Part shown: in pieces, positions 42,183-51,216 of the stretch | Numbering within the stretch: the first letter of the stretch is position 1 | Layout of the letters: each line of letters starts with the position of its first letter | Assembly: GCA_963762135.1 (NCBI GenBank) | Contig: CAVXJP010000008.1 | Span: 944,824 to 1,008,823, forward strand | DNA length: 64,000 nucleotides | Direction of reading: 5' to 3' | From: Terriglobia bacterium | Lineage (GTDB): Bacteria; Acidobacteriota; Terriglobia; Bryobacterales; Bryobacteraceae | Translations under genes and position numbers: made by a program | The notes under the pieces: generated by a model | Database searches by the model: none | Told to the model about the DNA's origin: nothing | What the model saw: only the letters and a program-made list of their open reading frames with translations

Positions 42183-43110
42183 CTAAGTGTCCCCGCGCTT
42201 GCGTTTTAGGCCCCTTTCGTTCTTCCGCTGTGCGCTCCGTGATATTCCGTCTGTGTCGGTAGTAGGCACGTTATTAGGCACAGTCGCGCGCTTCCTTCGG
42301 CGCCACTCGCGCTGCCTGGTTGTTCTACTGCAGCGATCATGCGCCTCCTTGTTGGCGCTGTAGTCTGTGACATCCATCCATTTGCCGCAGAGCCTGCACT
42401 GCCTCGGCCGGCGTTCCCCGGTTACGACTTGTGAAAATTGGAGCCAAATTGCAGCAAGCAGATTGCTGGGAACCAGCTTCGCGCGCGATGAACCGTCCCG
42501 GCCGGCCACCAATTGCAGCGATACATGAGGGGTGACGATCACCTTCTCGGGTTTGTCTCTCCTTAGTTGCCGCACAGTGCCCGGCCAAAGATGCCCGTTT
42601 ATCGATTTTCGGAGCAATCCTTGGGCGTGCTGGAGCGGTTTTGTGAGAGTGATCTCATGGGCTTTGATTTCCTCCTGCGAGGAAACGCCTCAGGATCCGC
42701 GTGTTGCCTTCCTGGACCCGCTCCCATAATTTGAAATACCGCTGAAACTCCTGGACTTCAAAAAACCAATCGGAGAAAGGCTCCCCAATGCCTCCCGCGA
42801 AGTGGACCAGCCCAACGCCAAGTGCACCGAACCGATTTGCGATCTTCAAAAGTCCGGCCGGAGTCAGTTCGGCATTGACGAAATCAAGATATGCGTAATC
42901 GCTTTCTGACCTCGCCCTGTTGATCTCTATCTCAAGTTCTCGAATTGCTCCAGTACCCTTCGATGGGCCGTCAGGGATCGTCACAAGGAAGCGTTCCTCG
43001 GGCTGATTGCCGGGAGCATCCCGAATCCCTTTCCTCCACATATAGCCATCATTCGATATCCACTGGCGTGAAGGTTCGTATGCGTCTGTCCGGTCCTTGC
43101 GTTCGGTCAT
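42183..43110 (-). CDS. Hypothetical protein with C-terminal Cys-rich/basic tail (one frameshift near 42620-42660)
   Basis: ORFs 42655-43110 and 42183-42617 are contiguous on the same strand. CRLCGKW..HDRC motif. Confidence 0.4.
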
Positions 43111-43135
43111 GGGTCCTCAATTTTCCCTTTCCGAT

Positions 43136-43179
43136 GTAGACGCAAATGTAGACGAGAAATTGTATAGAAATGCGTCTAC
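43136..43179. promoter_or_regulatory. Operator-like repeats in a divergent promoter region
   Basis: GTAGACGCAAAT GTAGACGAGAAAT TGTATAGAAAT GCGTCTAC. 9-bp inverted repeat GTAGACGCA/TGCGTCTAC plus direct GTAGACG copies. Confidence 0.4.
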
Positions 43180-43310
43180 CTGGATGATACGCTGTGTTTG
43201 TCGTTGCAGTCAATAGTTCGCCATGGGCGATCTGATTGCATAGGGGCGTACCGGCGTCGAGCAGTGCCCGGGATCATCCGGGAGAAGTCTACCCAGAAGG
43301 AGTAACAGCC

Positions 43311-43493
43311 ATGAATGAGAAGCGCTATACCGTTCGCGAACTCTCCGAACGGACCAATATGAGCAAAGGGTTTTGGCGGAAACAGATCAACCTTGGCAAC
43401 ATCGAGGCCGAATACTTCGGGCGGTCGGTTCGGGTCACGGAAGCCGCGCTCAATGACTATTTGGAGCGTCAACAGCAGAAGCGGGCCGCCTAA
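43311..43493 (+). CDS. Excisionase-family / MerR-like helix-turn-helix protein
   Basis: YTVRELSERTNMSKGFWRKQI..IEAEYFGRSVRVTEAALNDYL. GAAGGAG RBS 8 nt upstream. Confidence 0.65.
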   Translation: MNEKRYTVRELSERTNMSKGFWRKQINLGNIEAEYFGRSVRVTEAALNDYLERQQQKRAA

Positions 43494-43753
43494 TGAAGGT
43501 TCTCGCACATGATGGGACCTATCTTGGCGACTATTCCGAGGAAACAGTAAGTCGAATCATCGAGCAGGGCCTCGGTCACTGCCACAAACGGTATGTTCGG
43601 CTCGTGCCCGAGGCGCGCCAAGAGCGCGGGAACTCGCTTCGGCGAGGCTACGTAGGCTCCAATGCGCTACGGCTGGATGGCCAGAACATACATTGCGCAG
43701 AGACGAGAGAGAACCCCCGCGGTTGCTGGACATTTGGAAGGGAGCGACGATGA
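43493..43753 (+). CDS. Hypothetical protein
   Basis: 86-aa ORF. Its ATG overlaps the preceding stop (TAATG). Confidence 0.35.
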   Translation: MKVLAHDGTYLGDYSEETVSRIIEQGLGHCHKRYVRLVPEARQERGNSLRRGYVGSNALRLDGQNIHCAETRENPRGCWTFGRERR

Positions 43754-43920
43754 TTAAGCCAATTCAGCGCGAACGCTCGGAATACCACTTACGCTGCTGG
43801 AGGTGCGCGGCTGAGCTCGCCCTTGATGCCGCAGACGTCGACGGGGCCGCCGGCCGGGCGCAGTGTCCGCATTGCGGCGCGAGGCTGGATGTTAACTGGC
43901 GAGAGGCGGCGCGCGGGTGA
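43750..43920 (+). CDS. Small zinc-ribbon protein
   Basis: CWRC..x21..CPHCG pattern. Overlapping start and stop codons with neighbours. Confidence 0.4.
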   Translation: MIKPIQRERSEYHLRCWRCAAELALDAADVDGAAGRAQCPHCGARLDVNWREAARG

Positions 43921-44510
43921 CGGCCACGGATCAAATCCATGATAGGCCGATCGAGCATTATCTGGAATCCCGCGGCTTTGAGCGGGCGCGGAACCGCTGG
44001 CGCTGCCAATTCCACGATGACCGGCGACCGTCGTGCACGGTCCGGGGAAATCGTCTCCGGTGTTGGGTCTGTAACGAAGCCTGGTCTGCGATTGACCTCG
44101 AAATGAAGCTTTCCGGTTGCACGCTTCAGGCAGCGATCGCGGAGGTCGCCGCATTCTTCGGCATCGAAACTGTGCGGTTATCGGCAGCAGAGCGCGCGCG
44201 GTATGCGGAGAATCGAAAGGCGGCTGCGGTCATGGCGGAACGGCTCGCGGACTTCCACGCCGGCCTATTACTGGAGCTCGATTCGGAACTTGAGGGCAGC
44301 GAGGATCCCGAGCCCCTCTCTGATATCCATGCGGAGCGGTACCGGATCACAACGGCCACACCCGAACAAATTGTTGACCGCTGGCAGGCCACAGGCGGCG
44401 CTGAGCGCGATCGTGTCGCCTCGATGGGGCGTGAGGACCGGGAACATGCCGAGGCGGTGACCTGGGCCATCGTGAGCATGCTGGCGACCGTCCAGGCGGA
44501 GGCGGCTTGA
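43917..44510 (+). CDS. CHC2 (DnaG-type) zinc-finger primase-like protein
   Basis: CQFHDDRRPSCTV..LRCWVCNEAWSAIDL matches the CxxH..CxxC primase zinc-finger layout. Confidence 0.6.
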   Translation: MTATDQIHDRPIEHYLESRGFERARNRWRCQFHDDRRPSCTVRGNRLRCWVCNEAWSAIDLEMKLSGCTLQAAIAEVAAFFGIETVRLSAAERARYAENRKAAAVMAERLADFHAGLLLELDSELEGSEDPEPLSDIHAERYRITTATPEQIVDRWQATGGAERDRVASMGREDREHAEAVTWAIVSMLATVQAEAA

Positions 44511-44573
44511 CTCTTTCACCAGAGCGATTTCTCCCCACTCTGCAGCGCAGTGGGACAGTTGAGGCGCTGACGA

Positions 44574-45495
44574 ATGGCGACCGGATCGCCAGTATTCGGG
44601 CTGTCTGCGGAATATGCGAATGAGCGGCCGGAGTGGATCTTTCCGCAATTCTTGACGGAGGGAACAGTGACGCTCCTAACCGGCGATGCCGGTTCCGGAA
44701 AGAGTACGTTCGCCTCCCATGTTGCGGATTGCGTCTCGCAGACGCGGCCCGTCCTAATGCTCGACCGGGAAAACCCGGCTTGGATTGTAAATGAGCGGCT
44801 GACGCGCCTCGGGATCGTTGACGGCGTGAATCTCAAAATTTGGGGCGGCTGGTGCGAGGATGAGCCTCCTGGCCCGTCATCACCGACGATTATCAGTTGG
44901 ACGGGAATCTTGCAACCCAAAGCCGCTCCTGATCTTTGATTCGCTTAGTGCCTTCAATGAGGGCGATGAAAACGACGCGCGCAACATACGGGGCTTCATG
45001 CAGGGGTTTCGCCGGCTTGCCGATATCGGCGGCACGGTTCTGACGCTGCATCACAGCGGCAAGGGCGAAACGACGAAAGACTATCGCGGGTCGAGCGACC
45101 TGAAAGCTTCCATCGACGCCGGGTTTCACCTGGCCAACTTCGGCGAAGGCCGGCTCGAACGGCTGCGCCTGCGCCCGTGGAAATGCCGCTGGGGAGTGGT
45201 AAGCGATTTGATACTCACCTATAGCGATGGTGAGTTCTCCGCGGGAACTGAGGGCGGCAGCGCGACCGTAACGGACCTGCTGAACGGACTCCTACGGGCG
45301 CATCCGAACATCACGACGGGGGAATTTGAGGCCCTCGCAATGGCGCAAGGGCTGGGGCGTGACCGGGCCCGGAGATTCCTCAAAAACGGCGTCGATATGG
45401 GGACGATTAGAAGCGAATCTGGCGCGGGCCGGAAGGTGCTTTACGCATGCGCGGGAAATGATCCGCTAGCGGATAACCCGCGGTTCAGCGGATAG
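44574..45495 (+). CDS. RepA/AAA_25-like RecA-fold replication ATPase (one frameshift near 44900)
   Basis: Walker A LLTGDAGSGKST, Walker B-like PLLIFDSLSAF, LTLHHSGKG. Continues in ORF 44860. Confidence 0.65.
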
Positions 45496-45630
45496 CCTCG
45501 CGGAATGACTGTAAGTTGCTGAATCTACATATCCGCTGATTCGCGGGCGGGGTATTCGCGAGGTCAAAAAAAGCACTATTCGCTGAAATCGCGGGGCTCT
45601 ATATAGAGCCCGCATCAGCGGATGCCGCGA
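45484..45630. repeat. Iteron-like repeats and an 18-bp perfect palindrome (candidate ori or pac region)
   Basis: Four copies, in both orientations, of CCGCTGA..TCGCGG-type units. GGGCTCTATATAGAGCCC at 45594-45611. Confidence 0.5.
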
Positions 45631-45645
45631 AACGGAGATTAGCGA

Positions 45646-45939
45646 TTGGATTTGAAACGCAGAAACGGGAGCCGGAAGAACGGGAGCCCGGAACATACCC
45701 GCATCGCGCAGGCGGCGATCAGGGCCCGGGCGAGACTTCGGGATTTGGGGAACGTCGACGGCGTGCCCGAATGGTTGAGCGCGGAACTTCTCGCAATGGC
45801 GAGCCAATTGACCGTGGCGCTCAAGGCGCGGAGAGATAGGCCGGGGGGAGCGAGCGGCGTAGGGTCCAAGAAGCCCTCGCGACAGCCACCCCTAAATAAA
45901 AAGGCGCCGTCAAGATCCGATTATCAACCCCAAATCTGA
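45646..45939 (+). CDS. Small basic protein translationally coupled to the large terminase gene
   Basis: 97-aa Arg/Lys-rich ORF. Its TGA stop is immediately followed by the terminase ATG. TTG start is uncertain. Confidence 0.35.
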   Translation: MDLKRRNGSRKNGSPEHTRIAQAAIRARARLRDLGNVDGVPEWLSAELLAMASQLTVALKARRDRPGGASGVGSKKPSRQPPLNKKAPSRSDYQPQI

Positions 45940-47393
45940 ATGAACGAACTACTCCATGACGAACTCGAAGGTTGGATGTCCAGCATCGAGGCGGAAGAAG
46001 GGAGCCGGGCCCGTAGGCTCGCTCTCGCGTCCGACACGCGGCCGGTCTGGGTCCAAGGGTACGAAGCCCTCGGATTCGAGCCGCGGCCGTCTCAGGCGGC
46101 ATTCCACGCCGGCACGGCCTTCTATCGGGGCTTCTCCGGGCCGGTCGGATCGGGCAAATCTCAGGCGCTCGCGAATGAAGCGTTGCGGCTCGCGTATGAG
46201 AACCCGGGGTTACCTGGAATGCTGGCGGCTCCGACGTTTCCACTTTGCGAGATGCCACGCGCGCGCACTTCCTCGACCTGCTGCAGGCATTGGGCGTGCC
46301 TTATGACTTCCGGAAGTCGGACAACGAGCTACGGCTGGTGGATACCGGGTCGGTGGTTCGGTTTCGCTCGCTGGACAATCCCGAGCGGCTGATCGGGCCT
46401 AACTTGGCATGGGCCGGCCTCGATGAGCTTACGTACTCGAAAGAGGATGCCTGGCGGCGCGTAATTGCTCGCGTTCGCCATAAGCAGGCGCGGAAGCTCG
46501 GAGTATGTGCGGTGTGGACGCCGAAGGGCTTCGATTGGGTTTATGGGCGGTTTGTTGGTCCGGATCGCAACGAGCAATACGAAGCCTATCTCGCCAAGCC
46601 GGGCGAGAATGCGGAGGGCTTGCGGCCGGGTTATTACGAAGACCTGAAGACGGACTACGATGAGCGGTTCTATCGGCAGGAGGTTCTAGGCGAGTACCTG
46701 AGCGTATTCGCGGGTCAGGTCTATCACGCGTTCGATCGCGCGGAGAACGTGCGGCGGCTGGACTTCGACCGGCGGCACCCCTTGGTGTGGAGCCTTGATT
46801 TCAACGTTGACCCGATGGCTTCGGTGATCGGGCAAATTGTCGGCAATGAGCTCCGGATCCTGGAGGAGATCGTTCTCCCCAACAGCAACACGCCCGAAGC
46901 GTGCCGAGTCTTTGGCGAGCGAATGAGCAAATACCTGGACGAGGCAAGAACGGGCATTGCCGGCCACGTCGAGGTTCCGGTTCGCGTCTATGGCGATTCA
47001 ACCGGCCGGCGGAGGCAGACCTCCGCGGGCGCTGACTCTTCCGATTGGCGACTGGTTAGGGATTGGTTTGCGGAGCATGCCGCGGATCACCCGATGGATT
47101 TCATGGTTCCATCCGTCAATCCGCCCGTAAAGTTCCGCGTGCATTCCACCAATGCACTCTTGCGCAACGCTCAGGGCGTGCGTCGGTTGTTCATCGATCC
47201 AAGCTGCCGGGAGTTGATCGCGGACTATGAGCAAGTCGCATGGAAAGCCGATGCGGCGGGGAACAGCATCGGTGATATCGACAAGGTGAAAAATCCCAAG
47301 CGGACGCATGTGAGCGATGCCGCGGGCTACGTGATCGCTCGGGAATTCGGGCTTCGGACGTATGGCGGCATCGGCACGGAGATGGTCCTGTAA
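45940..47393 (+). CDS. terL: Phage terminase large subunit (one frameshift near 46245)
   Basis: Walker A GPVGSGKS, Walker B AWAGLDE, nuclease acidic motifs WSLDFNVDP, YGDSTG, HVSDAAGY. Confidence 0.85.
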
Positions 47394-47428
47394 TCGAGCA
47401 TTATCGGAAGCCAAGAAAGGACAGGTAT

Positions 47429-47812
47429 ATGAGTGAACGCAAGCTGACGAAGAAGCTGCAGACCTCGCTGTGCAACGCCCTTGCCGCGGGGCTGCCCATG
47501 CAGATCGCCGTGAACTTCGTCGGTGTGCATAAGCGGACGGTTTACCGCTGGATCCAGCGGGGCCAGCAGGAAGACGAAGGCACGTATCACGATTTCGTTC
47601 TGGCGATTGAGGCGGCGCTCGCGAAGGTTCAGGAGAAGTACCTCAACATCATCCTGGCGGCGGCGGAAAAGAACTGGACCGCGGCGGCCTGGTATCTGGA
47701 GCGGCGATGGCCGATGCACTGGGGCAAGTATCGGCAGGTGGATAAGCCGGCGGCGGGCAATGCGCCGATGCCACCACTGAAAGCGGCGGATGAGAAGGAG
47801 AACGATGAGTAA
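47429..47812 (+). CDS. Small-terminase-like HTH protein
   Basis: HTH VGVHKRTVYRWIQRG and a W..AAAWYLERRWP..WGK motif, as seen in small terminase / HTH packaging proteins. Confidence 0.5.
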   Translation: MSERKLTKKLQTSLCNALAAGLPMQIAVNFVGVHKRTVYRWIQRGQQEDEGTYHDFVLAIEAALAKVQEKYLNIILAAAEKNWTAAAWYLERRWPMHWGKYRQVDKPAAGNAPMPPLKAADEKENDE

Positions 47813-48507
47813 CGCAACAACAGCAAAAGAACCGAAGCCGGCCGAAACGCCGGCTTTTGATTTGGCGGCCACACCCACGCTGCATCTGGTCACGCAAGGC
47901 GACCCGGCGGAGCGAATCCAGAAGGCGCTCGCACAAGCATGGAAGGCCGCGGGTGAAGTTCCCGCGGTCAAGAAAGCTACTGCGGAGCATGATGCGGCTA
48001 CCAATGAGCGGCAGCGATTGCAGCGGGCTTGGACGACGCTAAACGAGACCTCGCGTGGTCTATTGGAGCAACTGAACTCGATTAGCGAGGACTATCTAGG
48101 CGAAGTAATCGACACGGCGGCCGAGGGCAAAAAGCCGGACCCCATAAAAGCTCACCCGCGTCGCGGGGTTGCAGAAAGAACACGAGTTGATCGGGTGGGC
48201 CTTACATCAAGTCGCGGTGGTCCGCATGCCGCTTGCGGAGATCGCGGAACTTCGCGCGGAGTCGCACAAGTGCGGCGCGGTTGCCGCGGCCCTTAAGGCG
48301 CACGCCCATCAGCGCGTTGCCGCGCGAATGGAAAGCCTGCGCGGGGCAGTCGAAGAAGAAGGCGAGCTGCCCATCAACTTCAAGTCCGGAGCAACCGGCC
48401 AAATCATGGCCCATTCCGGACGGGAAGCCGAGCGCGCGCAGGAGCTATGGCGGCGGGCGGACGAACTCGAACGGCGTTTTAAGGACATGCAGAAAGGAAC
48501 GAAGTAA
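47805..48507 (+). CDS. Hypothetical coiled-coil protein (one frameshift near 48160)
   Basis: Starts MSNATTAKEP with a GAAGGAG RBS. Continues in ORF 48169. Confidence 0.4.
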
Positions 48508-48509
48508 CT

Positions 48510-48699
48510 ATGAGCGAAAAAGTGAATTTATCGGCGCTCACCGATGACCAACTGAAGGAGTTGGGCGGCAACGTCGCGGCGGGAAGCCGAGCGGCGGCGC
48601 GACAAGATCGAGATGGAAGACATCAAGATTGGCATGGATGACGAAACGAGTAAGCGCGCATGGGCTGAGGTCCGGCGGGCTTTAGGGGAGGGCAGATAG
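48510..48699 (+). CDS. Small hypothetical protein (net 1-nt indel)
   Basis: MSEKVNLSALTDDQLKELGG.. The length is not a multiple of 3. Ends ..ALGEGR* immediately before the next ATG. Confidence 0.3.
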
Positions 48700-49027
48700 A
48701 TGCGGGATCAACGCGAATACTGGGCCGCGGTTCGAGCGCAGGAACGGCAGCTTGAAGAGTCAAATCCGGGGGCCCGCTGCGTTTTCATCGCGTCCATGGG
48801 CGACGAGCGGAATCCGGCCGTGGGCCCTGCCGGGATCATTGTGGAGGCGACTTTTTACAACGCGGCGCGGCACATGGTTCGACGGCTCCCATCGGCTCGC
48901 GACATCCGAAGAGATCGACGCCTATCGGGAGGATCAAGAGCGGCGCAGAGCGGCACTGCGCGCCGAAGAGCTCCGGGCCAAGGGGATCGTAGCCGTGGGC
49001 GTTCCGCCTCTACCGCCGGCCGCATGA
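48700..49027 (+). CDS. Small hypothetical protein (one frameshift near 48880)
   Basis: MRDQREYWAAVRAQERQLEE.. continues as ..SHRLATSEEIDAYREDQERRRAAL in ORF 48752. Confidence 0.3.
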
Positions 49028-49119
49028 GGTTAGCCCACCGTCCGCTACTGGGGCCCGCTGTTTCTCCTTTATCGCGGGCCCCGATTTTTACCACCGATAA
49101 CCAAACCGAATCGACACCG

Positions 49120-49647
49120 ATGAAACGACCCACGGAAGAAATCATTGAGATCTTCGCCGATGCGGCTCGCAGAGGCGCCCATCTTGAGGTTGCCGCGGAC
49201 CTGGCTCAGGTCCCGGTAGAGCGTGCGCGGGCCTGGCTCTATTGGGGCGAGACCGCCCGGCGTGGTTCATCCTTCAACCGGTTCTACTGGGCCTGGAAGC
49301 AAGCCGAGGCCGAATTTGAGGCCCGATGCGTCCGCGGACTGCGGGACGGCGCGGAGGGCTGGCAGCGATTCGCGCGGCTCTTGGCGGAAAGATCACCCGA
49401 GCGGTGGGGGAAGGAGGCGGAGCGGTGTAAGGATGACCTGTTGTGCATGAGCAATAGAGGGGAGCGCGTCCGGACTGGGCCTCGCTCGACGGCGCGGCAA
49501 GGCTCACAGGGTCCCCCGGATGCCTCCCCGCCACCACGATTCCGAAGTCCCCGGGGCGCTTCTCCTTATGATGTTGATATGGTTGACATTCCATGCCTCA
49601 TGCTCTTGTCGTTTAGCATCAACACTTTACGTTTGACCGGGAGGTAG
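49120..49647 (+). CDS. Second small-terminase-like HTH protein (paralog of 47429). The 3' end is uncertain.
   Basis: Same layout: HTH region, then W..FARLLAERSPERWGK. Confidence 0.4.
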   Translation: MKRPTEEIIEIFADAARRGAHLEVAADLAQVPVERARAWLYWGETARRGSSFNRFYWAWKQAEAEFEARCVRGLRDGAEGWQRFARLLAERSPERWGKEAERCKDDLLCMSNRGERVRTGPRSTARQGSQGPPDASPPPRFRSPRGASPYDVDMVDIPCLMLLSFSINTLRLTGR

Positions 49648-49752
49648 ATAACTGATACATTATGTATACAGTTCGTTGTACCTAGAGATTGCAGAGCTTT
49701 CCACGTGGGCGACGATTCTGGCCGCCTTTACAGAAGAAAGCCAATGGGGAGT

Positions 49753-49836
49753 AGGAAGGTGGCGGAGTCGAACCGCTATCCCGCCAAGAGCATCGCGTTC
49801 ATAAGACGCCTTCTAAGCACCGGCTAGTCACCTTCC
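49753..49836 (-). tRNA. Non-canonical tRNA-like gene with 8/4 acceptor/T-stem geometry, long variable arm, anticodon UAU (allo-tRNA-like)
   Basis: Hand fold: GGAAGGTG-A-CTAGC CGGT GCTTAG-AA-GGCGT CTTATGA ACGCG-ATGCTCTTGGCGGGATA-GCGG TTCGACT CCGC-CACCTTCC-T. Acceptor stem is 8 bp. T stem is 4 bp with a canonical TTCGACT loop. Confidence 0.6.
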
Positions 49837-49844
49837 GCAGAAAA

Positions 49845-49872
49845 AGTATGATTCGGCCCTACTCGTGGTAAA
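49845..49872 (-). promoter_or_regulatory. Candidate promoter for the tRNA-like gene
   Basis: The minus strand reads TTTACC-N16-CATACT. The -10 ends 8 nt before the first base of the acceptor stem. Confidence 0.3.
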
Positions 49873-50013
49873 GGGGCCAGCTTGGCGCGTATGCAAAATG
49901 ATGCTGACACGCGCCCCTTATTGGGTCAATGAGTTTGGCCGATGAGTTGCTAGTAATATTGTTGCACTTTGTTAATTGGTAGAAGTGCGCGAGACGGGGA
50001 GTGGATTCTTTAT

Positions 50014-50393
50014 ATGGGTAGTGTTGCTGTACCTCTTCCACAAGGAATCGGTAGTCCGAGCTTTAGTCAGACTTTGAAATTAGTTGGGTTGCCGACTGAG
50101 GCACCCAGTGCTCACCATGAGCAATTGGCCACAAGTGCTGAGCAGGCTCTGGTTCAGGGGACGATCGCGCAGGTAATTGAAGGACTGGTTCGCCGAGCGC
50201 TGGAGGCGCGTAGGAGGGGATCGAGTTTTTCGCGGTGCGCAGGGAAGTGTTCCGTGAGTATTTCGCGGCGATTCGGGCTATGGGGGACCTTCTCCAAGTA
50301 ATCGTCCCACGCCGGTCGGTTGACCGGCTGATCGCGGAGTCACTCTGCAACTTAGAAGCTTTCATTTCAGGGACGATGCTATTCAGAAATTAG
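50014..50393 (+). CDS. Hypothetical protein (possible frameshift near 50215)
   Basis: First ORF of the lower-GC plus-strand cluster. The alternative frame after 50217 reads GIEFFAVRREVFREYFAAIRAMGDLL.., which is more protein-like. Confidence 0.3.
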
Positions 50394-50464
50394 GCACTGA
50401 CTTCTCTCAACGCGGACTTTTCACTGTCTGGACACTTAGGAAAATTAACGACCTTGCTAAGGAA

Positions 50465-50758
50465 ATGGCCGATAGTCCCTCTTCCGGTGGAGATGAAGCT
50501 ATCGCGGCACGAGAGATGGATCTGGAATTCGCGATGAAAGCGATTTGGACACGTTTTCATGTTGACTGTTTAATCATGGCTATGAAGACGGGAAAGCCGA
50601 TTTATCCGGGTGTCGTCGAGCCCATGCGTGATGGCTTACGGGCTGCCGTTGATGCATATGCGGCCATCCGTCAAGCTCTAGATTTGCGGTCTGCGCCTAC
50701 CGTTGAACCTGAGTTGACAGACCTTCAATGGACGGATGAAGATCAAGACATGGGTTGA
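50465..50758 (+). CDS. Hypothetical protein, candidate antitoxin for the downstream MazF-like toxin
   Basis: 97-aa ORF ending 55 nt upstream of the toxin gene. Acidic C-terminus (TDLQWTDEDQDMG). No recognisable AbrB/RHH motif. Confidence 0.4.
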   Translation: MADSPSSGGDEAIAAREMDLEFAMKAIWTRFHVDCLIMAMKTGKPIYPGVVEPMRDGLRAAVDAYAAIRQALDLRSAPTVEPELTDLQWTDEDQDMG

Positions 50759-50812
50759 GGATTCCATGCATAGCAACTGACTGCAGCAGGACGTTTTTGA
50801 GCATTTTGAGAG

Positions 50813-51184
50813 ATGCCTATAGAACAAGGGGAAATCTATTGGGTTGATATTCCCGCACATCAGACAGAGGGCTCCGAGCAATATGGGCGGCGTCCCTGCA
50901 TAGTGATGTCACGGAATACGATCAACTCGCGACTCAACACGGTGGTCGTAGTACCAATGAGCAGTCAGGGCGTCCAAAACCAACCGCCATTTCGAATCCT
51001 CATCCCAATAGCGGAAATTACGAAGGACGTCGGTTGCAATAGTGATCTAAAGCCCAGCGTAGCGAAGACGGATCAGGCGCGAGTCATAGCCCAAAGTCGG
51101 CTCCAGCAAAGGATTGGAAAATTATCACAAACTGCAACTATTGCCGTAGGTCTTGGGCTCGCATACGTATTTGACATTCGATAA
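50813..51184 (+). CDS. MazF/PemK/Kid-family type II toxin (endoribonuclease)
   Basis: GEIYWVDIP..G.E..GRRPCIVMS...N..L.TVVVVPMSS...........SVAKTDQARVI...RL...IGKL is the classic PemK/MazF pattern. Confidence 0.8.
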   Translation: MPIEQGEIYWVDIPAHQTEGSEQYGRRPCIVMSRNTINSRLNTVVVVPMSSQGVQNQPPFRILIPIAEITKDVGCNSDLKPSVAKTDQARVIAQSRLQQRIGKLSQTATIAVGLGLAYVFDIR

Positions 51185-51216
51185 TCGGGGGTTATCGGAT
51201 CCCAAATCGGACCCAG

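Noticed and set aside
49753-49836. Considered calling the 8-bp-acceptor tRNA-like gene a selenocysteine tRNA (selC). The acceptor GGAAG.., the CGGT D-loop and the GGTTCGACTCC T-arm resemble E. coli tRNA-Sec.
   Set aside because: The anticodon loop is CUUAUGA (UAU), not CUUCAAA (UCA). The T stem is 4 bp rather than 5 bp. No selA, selB or selD genes or SECIS-containing genes are nearby.
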